Shown here piece by piece: positions 10,017 through 19,199 of a stretch of DNA of 64,000 bases. Under the pieces are notes generated by a model, which had not been told where the DNA came from, did no database searches, and saw only the letters and a list, made by a program, of their open reading frames with translations. Origin of the DNA: Candidatus Velthaea sp. Lineage in GTDB: Bacteria > Vulcanimicrobiota > Vulcanimicrobiia > Vulcanimicrobiales > Vulcanimicrobiaceae. Both the position numbers and the translations under genes were made by a program. Each line of letters starts with the position of its first letter. Position 1 is the stretch's first letter. The stretch is taken from positions 96,001 through 160,000 of the forward strand of contig CBDCCS010000016.1 of the NCBI GenBank assembly GCA_965214935.1, written 5' to 3'.

Positions 10017-12494
10017 TCACCGGCGGCGATCCACGAAGGTGTAGGCGACGGGGATGACGAGCAAGCTCAACAACGTTGAGGATATCAAGCCGCCGATGAT
10101 GGCTACGGCCATCGGTGCGCGCAATTCGGAACCGGCACCAAAACCAACCGCGATCGGCAACATGCCTAAAATGGTTGCCGCCGTCGTCATGATGATCGGC
10201 CGGAAGCGGCGCGATGCCGCTTCAAGAATCGCGGTGGCACGCTCCATGCCGGCGCGGCGCCGCTGCACGATCGCGTCGACGAGCAAGATCGCGTTTTTAT
10301 TTACGAGACCGAATAGGAAGATGACGCCCATGAGCGAGATGAGACCGAACTCGGCGCGCACGACGAACAGCGCAAACAGCGCTCCGACGACCGACAACGG
10401 CAAGGCAACGACGATCACGAGCGGGGCGCGCCAGCCGCGAAAAAGCAGCCCTAAGACGACGACGATACTGAGCGTCGACAGTGCCAGCGTCGTGCCGAAG
10501 CTTCCGAAGGTCGTGATCGTGTCCCCAGCTTCGCCGGCAAACACGTAACTCGAGGTTTTCGGCAGTATCGCACGCGCGATCGAATCGACGCGGGCAGTCG
10601 CGTCACCGATATTCACGCCGACGAGGTCGCAATCGATGTCGACGACGCGCCGCCCGCCCTCGCGCGTGATGAGCGTCGGCCGGCCGGCTTGGAACGAGAG
10701 CCCCGCCGCAGCGATATCGACAAAGCCTCGTTCTTGCGTCATACGCTGGGTGAGCCGCGCTGCGGCATGCGCGAGCACCGACACATCCGGATCCGACACG
10801 GTAACACGCAACGGCTTCGAGACGCCGTTTTCGACGAACGGCACGTCTTCGACGCTGACCGTCGCGTTGCCGAGAGCGGGCAGCGCCGCGCGCACGCGAT
10901 CCTCAACAACGATCGTCGGCGCGCTGCGATCGTGCCGTAGCGAAACGGCGAGCGACGCCAGCGCCGGATCGCCGCGGTCGCCGACCGATGCCAAAACGGT
11001 CGCTACATCGGGGTCGCGTCCGATGACCGCATCAATCCGATCGGCGGCGGCGATCGCGTCGGCCACCGGTGTCGCACCCGCGTCTTTGAGCCGGATCGTC
11101 ACTTGAAATTGACCGCGATCGAGATGCGGAATGAAGCCTTTGGGAATGAGCGGGATGATCGCGAGGCCGATGATAAGACTTACCACCGCGCCGCCGATGA
11201 CCAGCCGCGGATGACGCAGCGACCATTGCAGTGCAGCCTTGTATGCGCGCGGCGCGGTATGCGGCTCGAGCACCTTGGTATGCGGCCGTAGCATCGTTGC
11301 AGCGAGCATCGGCGATAGGGTGCGAGCAACCGCCAGCGACGTCAAAACGGCCGCCGACGCCGTCAGGCCGAAGGGCCGGAAAAATTGTCCTAGCGTTCCG
11401 GTCATGAACGCGATCGGTAAAAAGACGGCAATGATGGTCAGGGTTGCTGCCGTGACGGTGAATCCGATTTCATCGGTAGCTCTTTCCGCCGCGAGGCGCG
11501 GCGGCTCACCGGCAGCAATGTGCTGTTCGATGTTTTCGACATCGACGATCGCGTCATCGACGATGACGCCGGTCACCAGCGTCAACGCCAGCAGCGTTAT
11601 CATTTCAAGATTGAAGTGGAAGAGCGCCATGGCAATCGATGTTCCGGCCAGCGAGACGGGGATAGCGACCGCGGAAATAAACGTCGCGCGAAAATCGCGC
11701 AAGAACGGAAACACGACGAGAATCGAAAGCGCCATCGCAATCCCGAGGGCGTCGGTTGTTGCGTGCGACGTTTCGCGAATGTACGGTGCCTGACTCGTCG
11801 CAATCTCGATCGGAACGCCGAGCAAACGCCGGACGCGCGCCGCTACGACGTCGGTCGATGCGGCGACGGCAAGCGCGTTGGCGCCGCCCTTTTTGACGAT
11901 GCGAATCATGATTGCATGCTGACCGTTCACCCGCACGGCGGTGGTCTTATCGGCACCGAGCAGATCGGCGCGTAACACGCCCGGAACAGCCTTGAACGCC
12001 GGTACCGCATCGCGGTAGAGCAACCCGGCGTCAACGAGCAACTGCGTCGCGTCATTGCTCGATTCGGCGTAGGTGACGACGGGATTTGCATTGATGTCGA
12101 TCGACGTCGCCTTGACGGTGACACCGGCGGGGATCGGACCGCGCGCGAGCAGTCGATCGACGCGCGAACGCCGCTCCTCCAGCGTGCCGCCGACGTCGAA
12201 CGAAAGCGCGATCGACGTCGTTCCGGCTTTCGTCGTCGAGCGCATCAAGGTCGTCCCGGACGGCCGCAAAATCGCTTCGAGCGGGACCGTCACCCGGCGC
12301 TCCGTTGCGGCTGCGTCCCGGCGGCCGGCGGCATGCGCTTCGACGACGATGATCGGAATGGAGAAATCGGGTAGCAGCGTGTATTGCAGCGACGCGAACG
12401 CCAAGCCGCCGGCAACGGTGATGACGACCCAAACGGCAGCCGTTAACAACGCAAATCGGATTGCGATTCGCGAAATGTTAAACCGTGATTGCAC
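10017..12494 (-). CDS. AcrB/HAE1-type RND transporter, shortened (825 aa)
   Basis: VIVDDAIVDVEN, GTLGQFFRPFG, KNAILLVD, RFRPIIMTT, GAGSELRAPMA. Periplasmic loops look shortened. Confidence 0.9.
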   Translation of the reverse strand: MQSRFNISRIAIRFALLTAAVWVVITVAGGLAFASLQYTLLPDFSIPIIVVEAHAAGRRDAAATERRVTVPLEAILRPSGTTLMRSTTKAGTTSIALSFDVGGTLEERRSRVDRLLARGPIPAGVTVKATSIDINANPVVTYAESSNDATQLLVDAGLLYRDAVPAFKAVPGVLRADLLGADKTTAVRVNGQHAIMIRIVKKGGANALAVAASTDVVAARVRRLLGVPIEIATSQAPYIRETSHATTDALGIAMALSILVVFPFLRDFRATFISAVAIPVSLAGTSIAMALFHFNLEMITLLALTLVTGVIVDDAIVDVENIEQHIAAGEPPRLAAERATDEIGFTVTAATLTIIAVFLPIAFMTGTLGQFFRPFGLTASAAVLTSLAVARTLSPMLAATMLRPHTKVLEPHTAPRAYKAALQWSLRHPRLVIGGAVVSLIIGLAIIPLIPKGFIPHLDRGQFQVTIRLKDAGATPVADAIAAADRIDAVIGRDPDVATVLASVGDRGDPALASLAVSLRHDRSAPTIVVEDRVRAALPALGNATVSVEDVPFVENGVSKPLRVTVSDPDVSVLAHAAARLTQRMTQERGFVDIAAAGLSFQAGRPTLITREGGRRVVDIDCDLVGVNIGDATARVDSIARAILPKTSSYVFAGEAGDTITTFGSFGTTLALSTLSIVVVLGLLFRGWRAPLVIVVALPLSVVGALFALFVVRAEFGLISLMGVIFLFGLVNKNAILLVDAIVQRRRAGMERATAILEAASRRFRPIIMTTAATILGMLPIAVGFGAGSELRAPMAVAIIGGLISSTLLSLLVIPVAYTFVDRRR

Positions 12495-12535
12495 TTAAGC
12501 CGACTCGACTCCGGCAGCGCCGGAATCAGGGACCA

Positions 12536-13573
12536 TCACGCCTGGCCGGCAAAAACGAACGGCCGCTGCCGAACGCGTTCCATTAGCCAGCGCAGGGTCG
12601 TATTACTCAAGGTCGTCGTAGAAGCGGCAAGGATAAGTGCGTTGACTTCACTGCGGGTAATTTTCACGCCGCCGCCCGAGACGAGATTTTGTTCGCTTCG
12701 ATTGAGCTCACGCAGCGTCGCCGCCGCAAAAACGATCGGTAGAACGCAGAAGAGGCGAATGCGCATCGCTGCGGGCGGAATTTCACTCACGTAGGCAAGC
12801 GCGTCATCGAGGCCGGCTTCGGCCAACGACAGCAAGCCTTGCAACGCGATCCGGTTGCGCGGGCGCAGGGCCGGGTCGAGCACCGACTCGTGGCCGCTGC
12901 CCGCTGCGACCAGCAATTCGCGCGGGATGTAGACGGCATTTTCGTGTTCGACGTCCCACGGAATATCCTTGAGGATATTGACGATTTGCAGCGCTTCGCC
13001 AAACGCTTCGCAGTTTACGAGCAGCTTGGAATACGTGCGCGAGCGAATGAACGGGGAATGCGCGTACCATAAGTCGGTGAGCAGATGCCCGACGGTGCCG
13101 GCGACGAAATAACAATAGCGGCGAAATTCAGCAACGCTCTCGATGCGGATCCCGGCCGGATAGGTCCGCACGAAGTGCTGCATGCCGCGGGTCATCTCTG
13201 CAACCCACTCGGTGAGAATCGCGCGTGCCGCCGGATCGAGCGCACGATACGCACGAAAAACGATCGAACTGCCGTTGATCAACTCGCGGTCGGAGTCACT
13301 CATGCCGGCGCCGCCGGCGTCACCCGCGAAGTGTTCCGCTGCATCCGCGTCATGAAAGCATTGCAACAACTGGTCCAGGAGCTGCAGCTTGCGCGCGGGT
13401 AACAAACGGCGATCGTCTTCGATCGTATCGGCGATCCGGCAGAGAAGGTAGCCGATCGTGACGGGGTCTTCAAGCGCTCGCGGTAACAGACGAATACCTA
13501 AAGCGAACGTCCGGGAGACGCGCGGCAACATCGCTGCGCAATAGCGATTCTCGTTAACGACCGTTTCCACCAC
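12536..13573 (-). CDS. Squalene synthase (single-enzyme farnesyl-diphosphate farnesyltransferase type)
   Basis: LPRVSRTFAL, YLLCRIADTIEDD, YCYFVAGTVG, LQIVNILKD; within the hopanoid cluster. Confidence 0.85.
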   Translation of the reverse strand: MVETVVNENRYCAAMLPRVSRTFALGIRLLPRALEDPVTIGYLLCRIADTIEDDRRLLPARKLQLLDQLLQCFHDADAAEHFAGDAGGAGMSDSDRELINGSSIVFRAYRALDPAARAILTEWVAEMTRGMQHFVRTYPAGIRIESVAEFRRYCYFVAGTVGHLLTDLWYAHSPFIRSRTYSKLLVNCEAFGEALQIVNILKDIPWDVEHENAVYIPRELLVAAGSGHESVLDPALRPRNRIALQGLLSLAEAGLDDALAYVSEIPPAAMRIRLFCVLPIVFAAATLRELNRSEQNLVSGGGVKITRSEVNALILAASTTTLSNTTLRWLMERVRQRPFVFAGQA

Positions 13574-13895
13574 CCTGCGGGTTTTGTCGGTTTATCGCCA
13601 CGACCTGCCGTTGCCCGTGGATAAAGCGCAGGAGCATGCGTCCGGAATCGCCGAGTATGCGAGCATGAACGCCGGGACGAACGAACGCGCGAAATTAGCT
13701 TGCGGAATCGCTTATCGGCGGAGCAACGTTATGCCGCTTGATTCGGCGAATCGGCCGATTCGCGTACGTCGGCCCGCCGCATGTTTGCATGCCGCACTAT
13801 TTTGTGGTATCGCAACACCAATGAACCGTCCGGCCTCAAATTGCGCACCGTTGAACCGTCGCGCGCGGAATCGAAGCATCGCGGACTAAGCGCTC

Positions 13896-15458
13896 ATGCC
13901 GATAACACGTCGCAATATTCTGTGCGTTTCGCCGCACTACAGCCCGTCCTTCGGTACCTTCGAGTACGCCTACCCGATTGCGGGTGTCAGCGGCTTCATG
14001 CCGCCGCAAGGCTTGCTCGTAATCGCCGCGTCAATGCCGAAATACTGGACGGTCCGCTTCCTCGACGAAAATATTACGCCGGCGAAGCCGGCTGATTTTG
14101 CCTGGGCAGATGTCGTGTTTGTCAGCGGCATGCATATCCAGCGCGCGCAGATTCTCGATATCACCACCCGCGCGCATGCAGCCGGCAAAGTTGTCGTCCT
14201 GGGCGGACCGTCGGTTTCTGCGGCGCCCGAGAACTATGCGGATATCGATATACTGCATATCGGCGAACTCGGCGACGCCACGCGAGCGCTGTATGCACAC
14301 CTTGAGGCCGACGTTCGCCGGCCCGTGCAGCAACTGCGCTTCGAGACCGTCGAAAAGTTGCCGCTTGATGAATTTCCGACCCCGGCTTATCACTTGATCG
14401 ATCTAGGGCGCTACCTGCTGGGTAGCATTCAGGCCACGAGCGGTTGCCCGTACCGCTGCGAGTTCTGCGATATCCCCGAGTTGTACGGGCAGAATCCGCG
14501 CTTAAAGACGCCCGACCAAATCATTCGCGAACTCGATGCGATGCTCGCGCGCGGCAACCCGGGGACGCTTTATTTCGTCGACGATAATTTCGTGGGTAAC
14601 CGTAAGTTCGCCAAAGAACTGTTGCCCAAGCTCGTAGCTTGGCAAAAACAGCGCGGCTATCCGGTCGAGTTTGCCTGCGAAGCAACGCTTAATATCGTGA
14701 AAAGCCCCGATCTGCTCGAAATGATGCGCGAGGCCTTTTTCACAACGATCTTCTGCGGTATCGAGACGCCCGAAACCGAAACGTTGCGCGCCATCTCGAA
14801 AGAACAGAATCGGCAAATCGGCTTACTTGACGCGGTTGAAACCCTCAATTCGTACGGACTCGAAGTCGTCAGCGGGATGATCGTCGGGTTCGATACGGAC
14901 TCCGAGCAAACGCCGCAGCGGATCATCGACTTTGTCGAACAATCGAAAATCCCGTTGCTGACCATCAACCTTCTGCAGGCATTGCCGCGCACGCCGCTGT
15001 GGCGCAGGTTGGAAAAAGAAGGCCGGCTGTATCACGGCGACGATCGCGAAACGAACATCGAGTATGCGCTGCCGTATGACGAAGTAATGGGCATGTGGCG
15101 GCGGATCATCGCGGCGGCCTACGACCCGGACGCGCTATACGAGCGGTTCCGGCATTTTGCCGAATATACGTTCAAGCATCGGATCGTACCGCCCAACAGC
15201 GGTGCGCGGGTAAACGTTCGGAACATTCGGCGCGGCTTGACGATTCTTTTTCGCGTGCTAACGATCGTCGGAATGTTTTCGAGCTACCGCCGTACATTTT
15301 GGAAGTTGTGCGGCCCGATGCTGCGCGAAGGCCGCATCGAGCCGTTACTGCATGTCGGACTTGTCGGCCACCATCTCATCACGTATGCGCGCGGCGCGCT
15401 CGCCGGCGAATTCAACGCATCGCACTATTCGGCGCGTACGCGTAAGAAAGCGGCGTAA
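13896..15458 (+). CDS. hpnP: Hopanoid C-2 methylase, B12-dependent radical SAM
   Basis: Family-typical N-terminus SFGTFEYAYP...FMPPQGLLVIAA...DEN...WADVVFVSGMHIQR; LHIGELGDAT; SGCPYRCEFCDIPELYG; INLLQALPRTPLW; adjacent to shc. Confidence 0.9.
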   Translation: MPITRRNILCVSPHYSPSFGTFEYAYPIAGVSGFMPPQGLLVIAASMPKYWTVRFLDENITPAKPADFAWADVVFVSGMHIQRAQILDITTRAHAAGKVVVLGGPSVSAAPENYADIDILHIGELGDATRALYAHLEADVRRPVQQLRFETVEKLPLDEFPTPAYHLIDLGRYLLGSIQATSGCPYRCEFCDIPELYGQNPRLKTPDQIIRELDAMLARGNPGTLYFVDDNFVGNRKFAKELLPKLVAWQKQRGYPVEFACEATLNIVKSPDLLEMMREAFFTTIFCGIETPETETLRAISKEQNRQIGLLDAVETLNSYGLEVVSGMIVGFDTDSEQTPQRIIDFVEQSKIPLLTINLLQALPRTPLWRRLEKEGRLYHGDDRETNIEYALPYDEVMGMWRRIIAAAYDPDALYERFRHFAEYTFKHRIVPPNSGARVNVRNIRRGLTILFRVLTIVGMFSSYRRTFWKLCGPMLREGRIEPLLHVGLVGHHLITYARGALAGEFNASHYSARTRKKAA

Positions 15459-17359
15459 CGGCCGAGCGCGCTCAGCGCGAAGTGCTGGCAATACAAGTGA
15501 TACCGAATGAAGAAATGTTGGGGGAAACCGGTTCCCGTGAAATGCGCCTCGTCCCACGTTCCGTCGGCTTGTTGCGTCGCTAGCAAATAACCGACGCCGC
15601 GTTCAAGCGAAGCGGCAAATTCAGCCGCAAGCTGCGGCAGCCGTTCGCAGCAACTTAAAATGCCGATGAGCCCCCAGGCGGTCTGCGATGCTGTGCTCGC
15701 GCCGATTCCACGCAATGCGGGCTGCTTGTAACTCGCCGTCGACTCGCCCCATCCGCCATCGGCATTTTGGACGCTGCGTAACCAGACGGCACCGCGCACG
15801 AGTGCCGAATCGATGGCCGCGCCGCCCGCGGTTTGCGCGAGTGCTGCGAGGACGCCGCTCGTTCCGTACACGTAATTGACGCCCCAGCGGCCGAACCATG
15901 CGCCGTCCGGTTCTTGCTCGGCTAAGAGATACGCCAGCGCGCGCGGAAAGCGGCCGGCCTCCCATGGCAACGCGCAACGCGCGAACATCTCGAGCACGCG
16001 CGCGCTGACGTCGGCGGTCGGCGGATCGATACTTGCTTTAAGATCGCTATATGCAATCTTATTGAGCCACGCTTTATCGTTATCGACGTCGAAGGCACCC
16101 CAACCGCCGCCGCGGCATTGCATCGACGCTACCCATTGCGCCGAACGCTCGATCGCGGCACGCACGCGCGCCGGAGCCGGATGATCGACGCATTGTAACG
16201 CCATTGCAATAACGGCGGTATCATCGACGTCGGGATACCAGCGGTTATCGAACTCGAATGCCCAGCCGCCCGCCGGACCTCGCCGGTTCTTGACCGCCCA
16301 ATCGCCGTAATCGAGTATCTGCTTTTCCATAAGCCAGTCGGCCGCACGAACTAAACGCTCGTCGCCCGGTGCTACGCCCGCATCGACGAGCGCACGAACG
16401 ACAAGTCCGGTATCCCAAATCGGCGAAATACACGCCTGAATGCGATATGCGCCGTCCGCACGCAACGTAAACGCGTCGATCGCCGCGAAGCCGCGGACCA
16501 CCTCCGGATCGTCGATTGCAAAGCCGAGCGCGCGCAATGCGAGCATCGAGTTGAGCATCGCGGGAATGATGCCGCCCCAATCACCGGTCGCTTCCTGGCG
16601 TTCGAGGACCCAGCGTTTCGCGCGTTCGATTCCGCGAGCGCGGCCGGGTATGAAGCCACGCCGCTCGGCGAACTTCAGTACTCCGTCAAGCATGTTGAAA
16701 ACGGCTTCAACACGGCCGGCCGCCGCCGGCAACACATACCGAACGTTGGCCGCTCCCTCGGCGTATAATTCACTGAGGTCGAGCCGCGGACTATAAACCG
16801 GCTTGCGGTCGAAGACGACGATCAACGGCACCGTACTGCCGCGCGCCCAGCTTGAAAGATCGTAGATCGAGAAGGGCCCGCGGTCGGGCAGCAGCATCAG
16901 CGCGGGCGGCAATGCCGGCAACCCGGCCCAATCATATGCACCGATAAGCGCCAAATGCAGTTTAGTGAAAATGCGAGTTTTCGAAATGCCGCCGCGGGCA
17001 AGAATAAACGTGCGCGCGCGTACGAGCGCGGGATCGTCGGTGCCGATGCCCAGTAGACGCAGTCCCATGTAGGCCTCGACCGTAACGCTCAGCTCGCCGC
17101 CATCGCCGAAGGCGAGTTCCCAACCGCCGTGCTCGCGCTGCTCGCCGCGCAAATACCGTTCGGCGGCTGCGTGCGGCACGCGCTCGAACGTTCCCCAGAT
17201 GCGATGCAGCAGCAAAACTTCGGCCGTGATCGTTACGTTCGATTGCAATTCGCCCCACCAATAACCGGCCGGATGTTGCAGCGCAAAGTGCGCATCGACG
17301 CTGCGCGTTATTGCCGCGGCAAGGGGTTGCCCCGGCGCAGGATCCGAAGTTCTCGGCAT
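15425..17359 (-). CDS. shc: Squalene-hopene cyclase
   Basis: GYWWGELQSNVTITAE, catalytic YPDVDDTA, QW repeats (QCRGGGWGAFD, QEPDGAWFGRWGVNY, QNADGGWGE), FTGTGFP. Start ATG 17359 or 17395. Confidence 0.97.
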   Translation of the reverse strand: MPRTSDPAPGQPLAAAITRSVDAHFALQHPAGYWWGELQSNVTITAEVLLLHRIWGTFERVPHAAAERYLRGEQREHGGWELAFGDGGELSVTVEAYMGLRLLGIGTDDPALVRARTFILARGGISKTRIFTKLHLALIGAYDWAGLPALPPALMLLPDRGPFSIYDLSSWARGSTVPLIVVFDRKPVYSPRLDLSELYAEGAANVRYVLPAAAGRVEAVFNMLDGVLKFAERRGFIPGRARGIERAKRWVLERQEATGDWGGIIPAMLNSMLALRALGFAIDDPEVVRGFAAIDAFTLRADGAYRIQACISPIWDTGLVVRALVDAGVAPGDERLVRAADWLMEKQILDYGDWAVKNRRGPAGGWAFEFDNRWYPDVDDTAVIAMALQCVDHPAPARVRAAIERSAQWVASMQCRGGGWGAFDVDNDKAWLNKIAYSDLKASIDPPTADVSARVLEMFARCALPWEAGRFPRALAYLLAEQEPDGAWFGRWGVNYVYGTSGVLAALAQTAGGAAIDSALVRGAVWLRSVQNADGGWGESTASYKQPALRGIGASTASQTAWGLIGILSCCERLPQLAAEFAASLERGVGYLLATQQADGTWDEAHFTGTGFPQHFFIRYHLYCQHFALSALGRYAAFLRVRAE

Positions 17360-18587
17360 GTCCGCGACGCTCGTACGAATGGTTTCGCTGCTCATGATCG
17401 GTTCGTGGACGGGCTTACTCTTAGCACGAGGACGTTTTTGGGCTCCACCCGTCGACTGCCTGTGTGAGCCATCGACATTCGGCGCTATGCCGGACGTCGG
17501 AATTGTCGTCGCGGCGCGCAACGAAGCAGCGATCCTTCCGGCAACATTGCCGGCGCTGCTCGCGCAACAATACGCTGGTCGATATTTCACGATACTGGCC
17601 GATGACGGCAGCACCGATGATACGGCGCTTACCGCGCAGCGCCTGGCGAGCGCTGCTGCAGCGTTGAACTTTGCAGTCGCTCCGGTACCCGAGCGGCCCG
17701 CGGGCTGGGCCGGCAAAGTGTGGGCCATGGCTAACGGGGTGCGCGCTTTACGCGCGACGGGACTGCAACCTGCGTATTGGTTATTCACCGACGCCGATAT
17801 CACACACGAGCCCGACGTCGTGGCAGCGCTAGTCGCGACCGCTTTGAATGACCGGCGCGATCTTGTTTCATTGATGGTGCAACTGCATTGTGAATCGCGC
17901 TGGGAGCAACTATTGATACCGGCGTTCGTCTTTTTCTTTGCTAAGCTTTACCCGTTCAGCTGGACGGCGGACAGCACGCGCCGTACCGCCGGCGCGGCCG
18001 GCGGCTGCATCCTCATTAGTGACGAGATGTTGCGGCGTATCGGCGGGATCGAAAGCATTTGCGATTCGCTCATCGACGACTGTTCGCTCGCATATCGCGT
18101 CAAAGCCGGCGGCGGGCGTCTGCGCTTAGAATTGTCGACTCGTTCGCGCAGTATCCGGCCGTACCAAGGTCTCGATGCAATTTGGCGCATGGTAGCGCGT
18201 AGCGCGTACACGCAACTCGATCGCTCGCCCGCGATTCTTATTTTAACGGTCGCCGGAATGCTCGTGCTGTACGCATTGCCGCCGATTGCAGCGCTCGGCG
18301 GCATGCTGCGTCGAGACCGCGCATTAGCATCCGGCGGATTTTTTGCGTGGGCGCTCATGAGCATTGCATATATGCCGATCTTGCGGCTTTACGGGCAGCC
18401 GCCCGTGCAAGCAGCGCGCTTGCCCCTCGCAGCGGTGCTCTACACGCTCATGACGATCGATTCGGCGATCCGGCACTGGCGCGGAAAAGGCGGTTTCTGG
18501 AAAGGCCGCTACAGTGCAGACTCGGCGGGCCCACCGGCGGGCGACGCTACGCTGCGTAACCCGTCCATGCCGCAACACATCGGGTGA
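17358..18587 (+). CDS. hpnB: Hopene-associated glycosyltransferase (GT2)
   Basis: LLARGRFW, AARNEA, DDGSTD, GWAGKVWAM, FTDADI, PAFVFFF..LYPF, IWRMVARSAYTQL, GGFWKGR. Start could be 17358, 17379 or 17394. Confidence 0.88.
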   Translation: MSATLVRMVSLLMIGSWTGLLLARGRFWAPPVDCLCEPSTFGAMPDVGIVVAARNEAAILPATLPALLAQQYAGRYFTILADDGSTDDTALTAQRLASAAAALNFAVAPVPERPAGWAGKVWAMANGVRALRATGLQPAYWLFTDADITHEPDVVAALVATALNDRRDLVSLMVQLHCESRWEQLLIPAFVFFFAKLYPFSWTADSTRRTAGAAGGCILISDEMLRRIGGIESICDSLIDDCSLAYRVKAGGGRLRLELSTRSRSIRPYQGLDAIWRMVARSAYTQLDRSPAILILTVAGMLVLYALPPIAALGGMLRRDRALASGGFFAWALMSIAYMPILRLYGQPPVQAARLPLAAVLYTLMTIDSAIRHWRGKGGFWKGRYSADSAGPPAGDATLRNPSMPQHIG

Positions 18588-18610
18588 ACGTACCGTGCTC
18601 CCAAACGCGT

Positions 18611-19171
18611 TTACGACTCGTCGGTCGCCTCGTTGCGCACTTGGCGCGGGCGAGCCTTCGGGATCGTCAGGTAAAGCGCGACTGCGATCAGCGCGATTCC
18701 GACGGCGAGGAAAAGTAAATCCACTGCTGTTTCGACCGGGCGATGCACCGCGTACTCAAAGTAGCGAACGATCAGTATGAGAAAAATGACTTTGGCGAGC
18801 CGTTCTTTGAGATCGTCAAGACTGCGAATGAGTAAGATGCGTTCGGCGATGGGGTGATCTTCGGCTGCGTCGATCTTACTGATGAACAGTTCGTAGATTC
18901 CGAAGGCGAAGATCAGCAGCACGAGCGCAAACAGTAATCCGTCGACAAACTCCGCAACGCTCGTTACTATTTGGAGCCGAATCTCCGAATGTTCGATTGC
19001 GCCGAGCGCACCATCCGAGTAGTGGATGAGTTCGACGAACAACGTCTTCGCATCGAATATCGCGACGTAAAATAGCGCGAGTGACCCGGCCAAGCTTGCG
19101 ATCACCGCGACGAGCGTAATGAAGCGACTGTTCCAGAGCAGTGCCTCGAAGATCCGTTCGACGGCTTTCAT
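18611..19171 (-). CDS. YqhA (UPF0114) family membrane protein
   Basis: ERIFEALLWNSRF, FAFGIYELFISKID, SLDDLKERLAKVI; about 4 TM segments. Confidence 0.85.
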   Translation of the reverse strand: MKAVERIFEALLWNSRFITLVAVIASLAGSLALFYVAIFDAKTLFVELIHYSDGALGAIEHSEIRLQIVTSVAEFVDGLLFALVLLIFAFGIYELFISKIDAAEDHPIAERILLIRSLDDLKERLAKVIFLILIVRYFEYAVHRPVETAVDLLFLAVGIALIAVALYLTIPKARPRQVRNEATDES

Positions 19172-19199
19172 CGACTCGCGATTCCCCGGGAAGCGAACC

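Noticed and set aside
13574..13895. ECF-sigma promoter or cobalamin riboswitch upstream of hpnP
   Set aside because: GGAAT...CGTT spacing and sequence are imperfect, and no B12-box is visible.
17396..17803. N-terminal extension making shc 792 aa
   Set aside because: Antisense to the hpnB coding region; SHC homology begins near 17300.
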